Assembly (NCBI GenBank): GCA_963667015.2
Contig: CAXXJJ010000004.1
Span: 96,001 to 160,000, forward strand
Length of the DNA: 64,000 bases
Direction of reading: 5' to 3'
Origin: Desulfatiglandales bacterium
GTDB lineage: Bacteria; Desulfobacterota; DSM-4660; Desulfatiglandales; HGW-15
Part shown: in pieces, positions 31,238 to 41,141 of the stretch
Numbering within the stretch: the first letter of the stretch is position 1
Layout of the letters: every line of letters begins with the position of its first letter
Made by a program: the position numbers and the translations under genes
Notes under the pieces: generated by a model
What the model was told of the DNA's origin: nothing
What the model saw: the letters and a program-made list of their open reading frames with translations, nothing else
The model's database searches: none

Positions 31238-32497
31238 ATGGGAATGACCATTACTGAAAAGATACTGGCAGCACATTCGGGTATGGACAGTGTTAAACCC
31301 GGTGATCTGTTGCAGGCAAAGGTTGACCTGGCCCTGGCCAATGATATTACAGCTCCACTGGCAATACAGGTTTTTGAAGAGATCGGCCGGGATGAGGTCT
31401 ATGATAAGGAAAAAATTGCCCTGGTACCAGATCACTTTGTGCCAAATAAAGATATCCCTTCAGCGGCCCAGGCCAAGATCATGAGAGATTTTGCCAGAAA
31501 ATACAGCATAAAGAATTACTTTGAAGTAGGTGAAATGGGTATCGAGCATGTGATACTGCCGGAAAAGGGACTTGTAATACCCGGTGATCTGGTAATAGGT
31601 GCTGACAGCCATACATGTACATATGGGGCTTTAGGTGCCTTTTCAACTGGCGTTGGAAGCACGGATCTTGGTGTAATCATGGCAACGGGCGAGGTATGGC
31701 TAAAGGTGCCTCCCACAATAAAGGTGGTATTTGAAGGGAAGCTGCAGCCCTGGGTTGGGGGAAAGGATCTCATTATAAACCTGATAGGCCTGCTTGGAGT
31801 CGAAGGTGCCAATTACCGTTCTCTTGAATTCACCGGACCGGCTGTAAAAGACCTGTCCATGGACAACAGGCTAACCATGTCCAATATGGCCATAGAGTGC
31901 GGAGCAAAGAACGGTATTTTTGAGGCCGACGAAATTACCATGGAGTATGTAAAGAGCCGTACTGACAGGGAACCTGTTGTTTACAAGGCTGATCCCGATG
32001 CGGTTTATGAAAGGGAAATCGTTATTGATGTAAGTGAGATAAGCCCACAGGTTGCATGGCCGCATTCTCCTGATAATGTAAAACCTGTTTCAGAATCAGG
32101 CGATGTGATACTTGATCAGGTATTCATAGGCTCCTGCACAAACGGTAGACTGGAAGACCTTACACAGGCAGCCGAAATACTGAAAGGAAGAAAAAAGGCC
32201 GATGGATTGAGACTGATTGTCATTCCAGGGTCTCCATTGATCTATAAACAGGCTATTCAGCAGGGTATTATAGAAACCTTTATTGATGCCGGAGCTACTA
32301 TCGGACCTCCTACATGCGGTCCCTGTCTTGGCGGACATATGGGTATTTTAACAAAAGGCGAAAAATGCGCATCTACGAGCAACAGGAATTTTCTCGGCAG
32401 GATGGGTGATATTGAAAGCGAAGTATATCTGGTAGGACCTGCAATTGCAGCGGCGTCCGCTGTTCTGGGCCGTATCGGCTCACCTGACGAGTTATAA
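31238..32497 (+). CDS. leuC: 3-isopropylmalate dehydratase large subunit (short type)
   Basis: GADSHTCT, IGSCTNGR, CGPCLG, NRNFLGR. Confidence 0.93.
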   Translation: MGMTITEKILAAHSGMDSVKPGDLLQAKVDLALANDITAPLAIQVFEEIGRDEVYDKEKIALVPDHFVPNKDIPSAAQAKIMRDFARKYSIKNYFEVGEMGIEHVILPEKGLVIPGDLVIGADSHTCTYGALGAFSTGVGSTDLGVIMATGEVWLKVPPTIKVVFEGKLQPWVGGKDLIINLIGLLGVEGANYRSLEFTGPAVKDLSMDNRLTMSNMAIECGAKNGIFEADEITMEYVKSRTDREPVVYKADPDAVYEREIVIDVSEISPQVAWPHSPDNVKPVSESGDVILDQVFIGSCTNGRLEDLTQAAEILKGRKKADGLRLIVIPGSPLIYKQAIQQGIIETFIDAGATIGPPTCGPCLGGHMGILTKGEKCASTSNRNFLGRMGDIESEVYLVGPAIAAASAVLGRIGSPDEL

Positions 32498-32515
32498 ACC
32501 GGAAAGGAGATAAAG

Positions 32516-32998
32516 ATGGAAATACAAGGAAAAGTCTGGAAATTTGGAGACAATATAGATACTGATGTAATTATCCCTGCCCGGTTCCTCAATGTATCAG
32601 ATAAGGATATTCTGGCAAAAAATTGTTTTGCAGACCTGCGTCCTGATTTTGGAGGCAATGCAGCCGGTGATATTATAGTGGGCGGAAGTAATTTCGGATG
32701 CGGTTCATCACGAGAGCATGCCCCGCTGGCAATTAAATCTTCAGGAGTAGGTGTTGTTATTGCAAAAAGTTTTGCGCGGATTTTTTACAGAAACGCGTTT
32801 AATATAGGTCTTCCAATACTTGAATCAAAGGAAGCTGTTGACGCCATTGAAGATGGTGATTCATTAAGCGTCGATCTGGTTACAGGCGAAATAACCAACA
32901 ATACCAAGGGCGGAAAATATTGCGCAAGTCCGATTCCTGATTTTATGAGACAGATTATTGATGCAGGCGGACTGGTTGAATATGTAAAAAATAAATAA
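32516..32998 (+). CDS. leuD: 3-isopropylmalate dehydratase small subunit
   Basis: [29 protein letters not shown]. Confidence 0.93.
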   Translation: MEIQGKVWKFGDNIDTDVIIPARFLNVSDKDILAKNCFADLRPDFGGNAAGDIIVGGSNFGCGSSREHAPLAIKSSGVGVVIAKSFARIFYRNAFNIGLPILESKEAVDAIEDGDSLSVDLVTGEITNNTKGGKYCASPIPDFMRQIIDAGGLVEYVKNK

Positions 32999-33072
32999 AT
33001 TAAAACTGAAGGCTATTAGTTTACTATATCTAACAGCCTTCAGCCTTTAGCCTAAAATGCTAATAAAAGGGG

Positions 33073-34770
33073 GTGGTTACCATCAAAATCAAAGGTACTG
33101 AAATATTGATGAGAGTGCTGGAAGAGGAAGGCGTAGATATTATCTTCGGGTTTCCGGGCGGTGCGGTTATTGATATCTATGATGAAATGGTCAAGAGTGA
33201 GAAAATTAAGCATATCCTCGTACGGCATGAGCAGGGAGCCGTGCATGCTGCTGACGGTTATGCAAGGGCGGCAGGAAAACCTGGAGTGTGTCTTGTGACA
33301 TCGGGACCGGGTGCAACAAATACAGTGACCGGTATAGCCTCTGCCTATCTGGACTCTATACCAATGGTAATAATAACAGGGCAGGTTAATACCAGCCTTA
33401 TAGGAAATGATGCATTTCAGGAAGTGGATATAGTAGGTATCACACGTCCCTGTACAAAACATAACTATCTGGTCAGGGATGTCAAAGATCTTGCAAAAAC
33501 AATAAAGGAAGCGTTTTATATCGCCACTACAGGCCGACCGGGCCCGGTCCTTGTGGATATACCCAAGGATGTTGTGCAGGCCTTTACCGAATATAAGCCT
33601 ATAAAGGCTGTGAAGATGAGATCCTATAATCCTACATATGAGCCGAACATGAAGCAGCTCGACAGGGTAATAGGTATGATAAGGGAGGCAAAACAGCCCC
33701 TTATATTTGCCGGAGGCGGTGTAATTCTTTCGAATGGATCAAAGGAATTTACCAAATTTGCCAAAAAGATACAGGCTCCGGTTACAACAAGTCTGATGGG
33801 GCTTGGTGCATTCCCTGCCTCAGACCCTCTATGGCTTGGCATGCTTGGAATGCATGGAACCTACAGGGCCAATATGGCAACGGCCAATTGTGATCTGCTT
33901 ATAGGGATAGGTGTAAGGTTTGATGACAGGGTCACAGGTAAAATATCCACCTTTGCTTCAAAGGCAAAGATTGTTCATATTGATATTGATCCAACATCAA
34001 TAAGTAAAAATATCCCTGTTCATATCCCTATTGTAGGCGATTGTAAAATAACCCTTGGGAAATTAAACAGTCTTCTTGAGACAGAAAATATCAAGGGAAT
34101 AAAAGCAGCAAGGAAACCATGGTTTGATAAAATAATTGAATGGAAGTCAACAAACCCACTGGCATATGATCAGAAGGATATTATTAAACCACAGTTTGTT
34201 GTTGAAAAATTATTTGAGGTTACAAGGGGTGATGCAATCATTACAACTGAAGTAGGGCAGAACCAGATGTGGTCGGCACAGTACTATCACTTTGAAAAGC
34301 CAAATTGTTTTATAACTTCAGGCGGACTTGGTGTTATGGGATTCGGGCTGCCTGCGGCAATCGGTGCTCAGGTAGCACGTCCTGATGCCACAGTTATTGA
34401 TATTGCCGGAGACGGCAGTATACAGATGAATATACAGGAGATGGCTACAGCAATGCAGTTTGGTCTGCCAGTCAAGGTTGCCATACTTAACAACGGATAC
34501 CTGGGGATGGTTCGGCAGTGGCAGGAACTTTTTTATGATCGATGCTATGCATGTACCCAAATGGAGCATACCCCTGATTTTGTGAAACTGGCAGAAGCAT
34601 TCGGGGCAGTTGGGCTCAGGGCAACAAAACCCGATGAGGTTGTGCCTGTTATTAAAAAGGCTATGGAAATAAAAATGCCTGTAATAATGGATTTTGTTGT
34701 TGAAAAGGAAGAGGGCGTTTACCCCATGGTCCCGGCTGGGGCTGATATAACTGAAATGCTGCTCGTTTAG
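33073..34770 (+). CDS. ilvB: Acetolactate synthase large subunit
   Basis: [28 protein letters not shown]...NN TPP motif. Confidence 0.95.
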   Translation: MVTIKIKGTEILMRVLEEEGVDIIFGFPGGAVIDIYDEMVKSEKIKHILVRHEQGAVHAADGYARAAGKPGVCLVTSGPGATNTVTGIASAYLDSIPMVIITGQVNTSLIGNDAFQEVDIVGITRPCTKHNYLVRDVKDLAKTIKEAFYIATTGRPGPVLVDIPKDVVQAFTEYKPIKAVKMRSYNPTYEPNMKQLDRVIGMIREAKQPLIFAGGGVILSNGSKEFTKFAKKIQAPVTTSLMGLGAFPASDPLWLGMLGMHGTYRANMATANCDLLIGIGVRFDDRVTGKISTFASKAKIVHIDIDPTSISKNIPVHIPIVGDCKITLGKLNSLLETENIKGIKAARKPWFDKIIEWKSTNPLAYDQKDIIKPQFVVEKLFEVTRGDAIITTEVGQNQMWSAQYYHFEKPNCFITSGGLGVMGFGLPAAIGAQVARPDATVIDIAGDGSIQMNIQEMATAMQFGLPVKVAILNNGYLGMVRQWQELFYDRCYACTQMEHTPDFVKLAEAFGAVGLRATKPDEVVPVIKKAMEIKMPVIMDFVVEKEEGVYPMVPAGADITEMLLV

Positions 34771-34824
34771 GTTTCATCAGGCCGTAATAGTGAAATACAG
34801 GTAAAAAAACAGGAGTTATTACCT

Positions 34825-35322
34825 ATGGATAATGATATGGAGAAAAAACATATTCTTTCTCTGCTTGTTGAGAATGAACCGGGTGTCCTTGCCAGAATAT
34901 CCGGTTTATTCAGCGGAAGAGGTTTTAATATCGAGAGCCTTTGTGTAGCCGAAACAAACGACGATAACATCTCGCGTGTTACGCTTGTGACCACCGGCGA
35001 CATGAATATCCTGGAACAGATTAAAAAACAGCTTAACAAGCTTGTTTCCGTTATTAAAGTTCTCGAATTTACCGGAACACCCTATGTGCAAAGAGAACTT
35101 GCTCTTATTAAAATTAATGCAAAGAGTGAAAACAGGGCTGAGGTATTGAGGATTGCTGATATCTTCCGATCAAGGATTGTTGATGTCAGCCCGGGTCATT
35201 TTACAATAGAAGTTACTGGCAGTGAGGATAAAATTTCTGCTATTCAGGAACTTTTAAGACCCTTCGGAATCAAGGAAATTGCAAGAACCGGCGCAATAGC
35301 ACTTGCAAGAGACAAGAAATAA
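34825..35322 (+). CDS. ilvN: Acetolactate synthase small subunit
   Basis: ENEPGVLARISGLFSGRGFNIESL; EIARTG. Confidence 0.95.
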   Translation: MDNDMEKKHILSLLVENEPGVLARISGLFSGRGFNIESLCVAETNDDNISRVTLVTTGDMNILEQIKKQLNKLVSVIKVLEFTGTPYVQRELALIKINAKSENRAEVLRIADIFRSRIVDVSPGHFTIEVTGSEDKISAIQELLRPFGIKEIARTGAIALARDKK

Positions 35323-35434
35323 GTATATGTGATGGTTGCGCTGGATTTTTATATAATTAATTAAACTGAATTAAATTATATTTTAATATATTAATCATAA
35401 TATAGATGATAAGTACATTTAAGGAGGATATAGA

Positions 35435-36487
35435 ATGGCAAAGATAAATTTTGGAGGAGTTGAAGAAGAGGTTACCACTGTTGATGAATTTCCACTGGAA
35501 AAGGCCAGGGAGATTCTTAAGGATGAAACCATAGCTATTATCGGTTATGGTGTTCAGGGCCCGGGACAGTCTCTTAATATGAAGGACAATGGCTTTAACG
35601 TTATAATTGGTGCATCAAAAGAACGTAAGGCCGGCTGGGAAAAGGCAGTTGCAGACGGATGGGTACCTGGAGAAACACTCTTCGAAATAGAAGAAGCAGC
35701 AAAAAAGGCAACAGTTATCCAGTTTCTGGTTTCAGATGCTGCCCAGAAGACCGTATATCCTTTGATTAAAGAATGTCTGAATCCGGGCGATGCCCTTTAT
35801 TTTTCGCATGGTTTTGGAATTGTTTATAAGGATCAGACAGGGATTATTCCTCCTGAAGATGTTGATGTTATTCTTGTTGCACCCAAGGGTTCAGGTACAT
35901 CCGTAAGAAGAAATTTTCTTGCCGGCGCCGGTATCAACTCAAGTTATGCCGTTTTCCAGGACTATACCGGAAAAGCCGAAGAAAGGACAAAGGCTTTAGG
36001 TATTGCAATTGGTTCAGGCTATCTGTTTCCGACAACATTCGAGAGAGAGGTAACGAGCGATCTGGTCGGTGAAAGAGGTGTGCTTATGGGTTGTCTGGCA
36101 GGTACCATGGAAGCACAGTATAATGTATTAAGAAAGAATGGTCACAGCCCCAGTGAAGCATTTAATGAAACGGTTGAAGAGCTGACCCAGAGCCTTATCC
36201 GTCTGGTTGATGAGAATGGCATGGACTGGATGTACGCAAACTGCAGTGCAACCGCACAGAGAGGCGCTCTTGACTGGAAAGACAAATTCCGTGATGCAGT
36301 TGCTCCTGTATTTGATGACCTTTATAACAGCGTTAAGACTGGAAATGAATGCGCGATTACAATCAAGGCGAACAGTCAGCCTGATTACAAAGAAAAACTC
36401 CAGGTAGAACTGGGTGCAATTAAAAATTCAGAGATGTGGCAGGCAGGTGCGGCTGTACGTCAACTAAGGCCTGCAAACAGAAAATAA
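35435..36487 (+). CDS. ilvC: Ketol-acid reductoisomerase
   Basis: IGYGVQG, SHGF, APKG, SDLVGERG. Confidence 0.93.
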   Translation: MAKINFGGVEEEVTTVDEFPLEKAREILKDETIAIIGYGVQGPGQSLNMKDNGFNVIIGASKERKAGWEKAVADGWVPGETLFEIEEAAKKATVIQFLVSDAAQKTVYPLIKECLNPGDALYFSHGFGIVYKDQTGIIPPEDVDVILVAPKGSGTSVRRNFLAGAGINSSYAVFQDYTGKAEERTKALGIAIGSGYLFPTTFEREVTSDLVGERGVLMGCLAGTMEAQYNVLRKNGHSPSEAFNETVEELTQSLIRLVDENGMDWMYANCSATAQRGALDWKDKFRDAVAPVFDDLYNSVKTGNECAITIKANSQPDYKEKLQVELGAIKNSEMWQAGAAVRQLRPANRK

Positions 36488-36509
36488 TAAGAGGCTTTTT
36501 TAATATAAA

Positions 36510-36550
36510 AAAGGGCGATCAATAGACAAAAGTAACTATTGATCGCTTTT
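36510..36550 (+). terminator. Intrinsic terminator after ilvC
   Basis: GCGATCAATAG...CTATTGATCGC-TTTT. Confidence 0.7.
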
Positions 36551-36570
36551 CTATTTCCAGGGAGTTACTG

Positions 36571-37164
36571 ATGGTGAAATTATGTGCTGTTTATGGAAGT
36601 CCCCGCCGAAAGGGAAATACTTCGTTATTACTGAAAAAGGCAATTGAGGGGGCCAGAGATGCGGGTGCAGAGGTAACCGAGGTAGTATTGCGTGATAAAA
36701 AACTGTCACCATGCCTTGAAATATACGGGTGTAAGAATGATGGAAAATGTGTAATAAAAGATGACTTCCATGAAATAGTCGAGCAGATGCTTGTGTCAAA
36801 TGGAGTTATGCTGGCTTCTCCTATTTTTTTCTATTCGGTAAGCGCACACACAAAGATGCTCATTGACCGCTGCCAGTCACTGTGGATGAAAAAATATTAT
36901 ATAGAAAAGGCAGACAGGAAGAACTGGATTCCAAAGAGAAAAGGGCTTTTTATTTCACTGGGGGCAACAAACGGTAAAAAACTTTTTGATGGCCCGCTGC
37001 TTACTATAAAGTATTTCTTTGATGTACTTGACATGACACTGCATAAAAGTCTTTTATATCGCGGTATTGATCTGGAAGGTGAGATAACTGATTACCCTCA
37101 ATACCTTGAAGAGGCCTATCAGGCCGGCAGGGACCTTGTTGAAGCGGTTAAAGAGGAGCAATAA
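36571..37164 (+). CDS. Flavodoxin-family / iron-sulfur flavoprotein-like FMN protein
   Basis: GSPRRKGNT, CLEIYGC...C, ASPIFF, IDRCQ. Confidence 0.85.
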   Translation: MVKLCAVYGSPRRKGNTSLLLKKAIEGARDAGAEVTEVVLRDKKLSPCLEIYGCKNDGKCVIKDDFHEIVEQMLVSNGVMLASPIFFYSVSAHTKMLIDRCQSLWMKKYYIEKADRKNWIPKRKGLFISLGATNGKKLFDGPLLTIKYFFDVLDMTLHKSLLYRGIDLEGEITDYPQYLEEAYQAGRDLVEAVKEEQ

Positions 37165-37167
37165 CAA

Positions 37168-37914
37168 ATGGGTTGGTTTGGTAAATTAACATTAGGTTCA
37201 CTTGGACTCTTTATGGGAGGTCCTCTCGGGGCCATAGCCGGAGGGGCGCTCGGACATATACTGTTTGACAAGGAAGACAGTTTCTCATCAAAGGCGCTCC
37301 CATTCGGGCATGCAGAGCAGGCACAGGCCGCATATTTTATAAGTCTCTTTTCCATATTGGGGAAACTTGCCAAGGCAGATGGTGTTGTAAGCAGAGAAGA
37401 AATCAATATAGTGAATCATTTTCTATCAACTCTCAGGCTGCCTGAGCAGCAGAAGCAGTTTGCTAAAAATATTTTTAATGAAGCAAAGAATTCTCCATAC
37501 AGCATAGATGATTTTGCAGCACAGCTTTACCAGGTGAACCAGGCCCAGCCTACAATACTGCTTTCATTTATGGATCTTTTATTCAAGGTGGCTGCTGCGG
37601 ATGGTAAACTACATGAGGATGAAGAGGCAGCATTATCAAGAATAAAGAATATATTCAGGATAAGTGATTCTCAATTTGCAGATCTGAAATCGGTATACTT
37701 CAAACAGAATGACATGCATTACAGGACACTTAACTGCACAACGCAAAGCACTGATGAGGAAGTAAAATCCAGCTACAAAAAACTGGTAAAGGAATACCAC
37801 CCGGATATGATAATCTCAAAGGGATTGCCTGAAGAGTTTGTGGATGTGGCTACAAAGAAATTTCAGGAAATACAGGAAGCCTTTACAAAAGTAAGGCAGG
37901 AAAGAGGGTTTTAA
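37168..37914 (+). CDS. djlA: DjlA-like co-chaperone (TM + TerB + J domain)
   Basis: GGPLGA..G, LAKADG, YHPD. Confidence 0.88.
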   Translation: MGWFGKLTLGSLGLFMGGPLGAIAGGALGHILFDKEDSFSSKALPFGHAEQAQAAYFISLFSILGKLAKADGVVSREEINIVNHFLSTLRLPEQQKQFAKNIFNEAKNSPYSIDDFAAQLYQVNQAQPTILLSFMDLLFKVAAADGKLHEDEEAALSRIKNIFRISDSQFADLKSVYFKQNDMHYRTLNCTTQSTDEEVKSSYKKLVKEYHPDMIISKGLPEEFVDVATKKFQEIQEAFTKVRQERGF

Positions 37915-37997
37915 TTCCCGATGATATGCCAGAGCGATCGGTTTTAAAAAAACTTATCATCTATAAAATATAAAAATCAAATCAGGAGGATTCTCCC

Positions 37998-38651
37998 ATG
38001 TTTTTTAAGGCGGTTATTTTTGACCTGGATGGAACACTCCTTGATACGCTTTCGGATCTTGGTGACTCAATGAACAGCGTTCTTGAAAGGCATGGATTTC
38101 CTCAGCATAACCTTGAGTCATATAAATACATGATAGGCGATGGTGTCGAATTTCTCGTAAAACGGGCTCTTCCCGAATCAATAAATGATCCGGAAGAAGT
38201 AAAAGAGTTCATAACTGAATATCGCACAGAATATGAAAAAAACTGGAAAAATAAAACTAGGCCATATGATGGTATTGTTGAACTTATAGGTTCACTGCAT
38301 TCAATGGGTCTGAAACTGGCGGTACTTTCAAATAAACCCCATGATTCGACAGAAATGTGTGTCAGGGAATTTCTGCCATTTAATAAATTCGATATTGTTC
38401 TGGGGCATCGTACAGGAAAAAATCCAAAACCCGATCCAAACGGAGCGGTTGAGGTAGCAGAAAGGTTTAAGGTGTCTCCTGATCAGATTCTTTATCTGGG
38501 GGATACTGGTGTTGATATGAAAACTGTTGTTTCCGCCGGCATGTATCCGGTTGGTGTACTCTGGGGATTCCGCACTAGGAATGAATTATTGGAAATCGGG
38601 GCAAAGGATCTCCTTGATAAGCCGGAGGATTTGCTTCCGGTTATTCGATAG
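37998..38651 (+). CDS. HAD phosphatase (phosphoglycolate phosphatase-like)
   Basis: FDLDGTL, SNK, KPDP, GDT..D, WGFR. Confidence 0.88.
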   Translation: MFFKAVIFDLDGTLLDTLSDLGDSMNSVLERHGFPQHNLESYKYMIGDGVEFLVKRALPESINDPEEVKEFITEYRTEYEKNWKNKTRPYDGIVELIGSLHSMGLKLAVLSNKPHDSTEMCVREFLPFNKFDIVLGHRTGKNPKPDPNGAVEVAERFKVSPDQILYLGDTGVDMKTVVSAGMYPVGVLWGFRTRNELLEIGAKDLLDKPEDLLPVIR

Positions 38652-38729
38652 AGAATTAAAGTGATCAGCATAACGGGTTCCTCATTTTATTTTTTGAATT
38701 AATAAACATGACACCAGTTTTAGAACATT

Positions 38730-39911
38730 ATGAAAAAAAATAAGAATGAAAAAACCATTATCCATCTTGATATGGATGCATTTTATCCCTCGGTTGAGAT
38801 TCTGGATAATCCGGAATTAAGGGGGAAACCTGTTATTGTCGGAGGAGGCAGTAAAAGGGGGGTGGTTTCTTCAGCATCCTATGAAGCCAGAAAATATGGA
38901 GTTCACTCTGCGCAGCCAATTGCTCAGGCCTTGAAGCTTTGTCCCCATGGCATTTTTCTTCCTGTAAGGATGGCACGCTATAAGGAGCTGTCTGATAAAA
39001 TCTTTGAAATATTTCATCGTTTCTCACCCCTTGTTGAGCCCCTTTCCATTGATGAAGCCTTTCTTGATATAACAGGTACGGAAAGACTTTTAGGTAACCC
39101 TGTAACTGTTGCAAAAAAACTGAAAAAGAAAATCCTTACTGAAACAGGGCTTACTGTTTCAGCCGGTGTGGCACCATCAAAATTTATTGCCAAGATAGCA
39201 TCGGATATGGACAAACCTGACGGGCTAACGGTTGTTTCTGCTGATGAGATTCAAGCATTTCTTGATCCGTTGCCTGTTTCAAAGATGTGGGGTGCAGGAA
39301 AGGTTACTATCGAAAAATTATCACGTTACAATATTAAAACCTTCTATGACCTCAGGAAGTTCCCGGTTGAGATCATCGAGAGATCTTTCGGCAAGAATGG
39401 TCTGCGAATGCAACTTCTTTCAATGGGCATTGACGACAGGGGTGTTGAGGTCGAACATGAAACAAAATCAATAGGCCATGAAGAGACCTTTCAGGAAGAT
39501 ATAACAGATCTTGAGGTTTCAGAAAGACACCTGCTTGATCTTGCAATGAAAACAGCAGAAAGGATGAGGCATCACCATCTGAAGGGGAGAACTGTAACCC
39601 TGAAGGCCAGGTATAATGATTTTACCCGGGTAACCCGGTCCCTGACGCTTGATGAACACACTGATGACGGCATGCTGATATATTCTACTGTTCGAATGCT
39701 GTTAAAAAAAACAGAAACCGGTAAACGGCCGGTAAGGCTCCTGGGGGTTTCCATGTCAGGCCTTGCCATGGATGGCCTGTCGGGCCAGACATCTTTTCTC
39801 TCAAAGGATGAAAAAAAAGAAAAGTCCGAAAAACTCAATAAGGCTATCGATTCTCTTCATGATCGTTTTGGAAAAAAGAGTGTAGTCCCCGCAAGATTGT
39901 TAACAGACTAA
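38730..39911 (+). CDS. dinB: DNA polymerase IV
   Basis: HLDMDAFY, SYEAR, SIDEAFLD, KPDG. Confidence 0.95.
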   Translation: MKKNKNEKTIIHLDMDAFYPSVEILDNPELRGKPVIVGGGSKRGVVSSASYEARKYGVHSAQPIAQALKLCPHGIFLPVRMARYKELSDKIFEIFHRFSPLVEPLSIDEAFLDITGTERLLGNPVTVAKKLKKKILTETGLTVSAGVAPSKFIAKIASDMDKPDGLTVVSADEIQAFLDPLPVSKMWGAGKVTIEKLSRYNIKTFYDLRKFPVEIIERSFGKNGLRMQLLSMGIDDRGVEVEHETKSIGHEETFQEDITDLEVSERHLLDLAMKTAERMRHHHLKGRTVTLKARYNDFTRVTRSLTLDEHTDDGMLIYSTVRMLLKKTETGKRPVRLLGVSMSGLAMDGLSGQTSFLSKDEKKEKSEKLNKAIDSLHDRFGKKSVVPARLLTD

Positions 39912-39923
39912 TCCCGAATATTC

Positions 39924-40643
39924 TCAGGATTCTTTGAACTCATAAATCATGTGTTTACATCTCTTTGCTATTCTCTCCACGATCTCTTCTCTGCGGTTAT
40001 GCATCCAGTCAGGCATAACCTTATTCCAGTTGGAAGATTCCGGTATATGTATGAGGGTCGGGCCTTTCAGATTCGGTTCAACCTTGAATTCCGCTGTTTT
40101 TTTACCTTCTGTGTAAAGAATATAGGCAAATGAAATAACAACAACATAATCATCTTCATCAGTTAATTCTTTTTCGGCCTTTAATGACTGCGATATATTT
40201 TCATTCTGTGGGCTATCTTCATCGATCTGTCTGATACGCGGAATATGCCTCCCGCCCTCAAAAGGGGTTTCAATCCACAATCTTACAATTTCTATGGCAT
40301 CTTCCCTTGAAATCATTCTTTCGCCGAGAGAGATCATATTGGCATCATTGTGTTTTCTTGCCATTACTGCGCTTTCACTGTTCCAGCACAGTGCACACCT
40401 GATCCCCTTTATCCTGTTTGCAGTCATCGCCTCACCATTACCGGAACCGCCAAGTACTATACCTCTCTCATATTCTCCACGACTTACAGCCATGGTCACA
40501 GGGCGAATAAAAAGGGGATAATCTACCGCATCATCACTGAATGTCCCAAAGTCTTTTATGTCGTGACCTTCTTTTGTAAGGTATTCTATTAATGTTGATT
40601 TATATGAAAAACCCGCATGGTCCGAACCGATTGCAATCTTCAT
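39924..40643 (-). CDS. rpiB: Ribose-5-phosphate isomerase B with about 95-aa C-terminal extension
   Basis: GSDHAG, DYP, GGSGNGE, HNDAN, FEGGRH..R; RBS AGGAG. Confidence 0.9.
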   Translation of the reverse strand: MKIAIGSDHAGFSYKSTLIEYLTKEGHDIKDFGTFSDDAVDYPLFIRPVTMAVSRGEYERGIVLGGSGNGEAMTANRIKGIRCALCWNSESAVMARKHNDANMISLGERMISREDAIEIVRLWIETPFEGGRHIPRIRQIDEDSPQNENISQSLKAEKELTDEDDYVVVISFAYILYTEGKKTAEFKVEPNLKGPTLIHIPESSNWNKVMPDWMHNRREEIVERIAKRCKHMIYEFKES

Positions 40644-40659
40644 TCGATTTCTCCTGGTA

Positions 40660-40971
40660 TTAATCACTCATAGGTTTTGAAAGTATTTTTCCGGATGCAT
40701 TGCATATAAATACAATAAAGTTGTTATCTATACAGTATTGTTCCAGGAGTCCATATTTAATTGCCTGTGCTTCATATTTATGTGCTTTATCTTTGTTGAT
40801 TAAATCAAGAGATTTCACTGCGTCATCCTTTTCATAAAAGGCAGGGATAAATGAAATATCGTTTTTCTCATCGTATTGCCCCAGAAACATTTCATTTCCG
40901 CCCGGGTCCTGAACTATGACCCATAACCAGGTATCTTTTTCGAGTGTCATAATGGTCTCCGTATTAGTCAT
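40660..40971 (-). CDS. Hypothetical protein
   Basis: WLWVIVQDPG...FIPAF; co-oriented just upstream of rpiB; start may be 40950. Confidence 0.65.
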   Translation of the reverse strand: MTNTETIMTLEKDTWLWVIVQDPGGNEMFLGQYDEKNDISFIPAFYEKDDAVKSLDLINKDKAHKYEAQAIKYGLLEQYCIDNNFIVFICNASGKILSKPMSD

Positions 40972-41002
40972 CTGATGGATTTGTATTTATTAGCCCTGTC
41001 TT

Positions 41003-41083
41003 CGTCATTCCCGTGCACACGGGAATCCATTTGAGATATTTAAATGCCAAAGCCAATGGATACCCGCCTTCGCTGATATGACG
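41003..41083. repeat. Inverted ATTCCC-N8-GGGAAT (dRS3/REP-like) palindromic element
   Basis: CGTCATTCCCGTGCACACGGGAATCCAT...ATGGATACCCGCCTTCGCTGATATGACG. Confidence 0.7.
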
Positions 41084-41141
41084 TCTTACCAAGTTTTATT
41101 TAAAATGTTTAAATAATTATTTCACATTAATTTTACTATTT

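Noticed and set aside
33006..33043. Hairpin CTGAAGGCT...AGCCTTCAG between leuD and ilvB as a second attenuator
   Set aside because: No leader peptide or clear U tract; probably a stabiliser or small repeat
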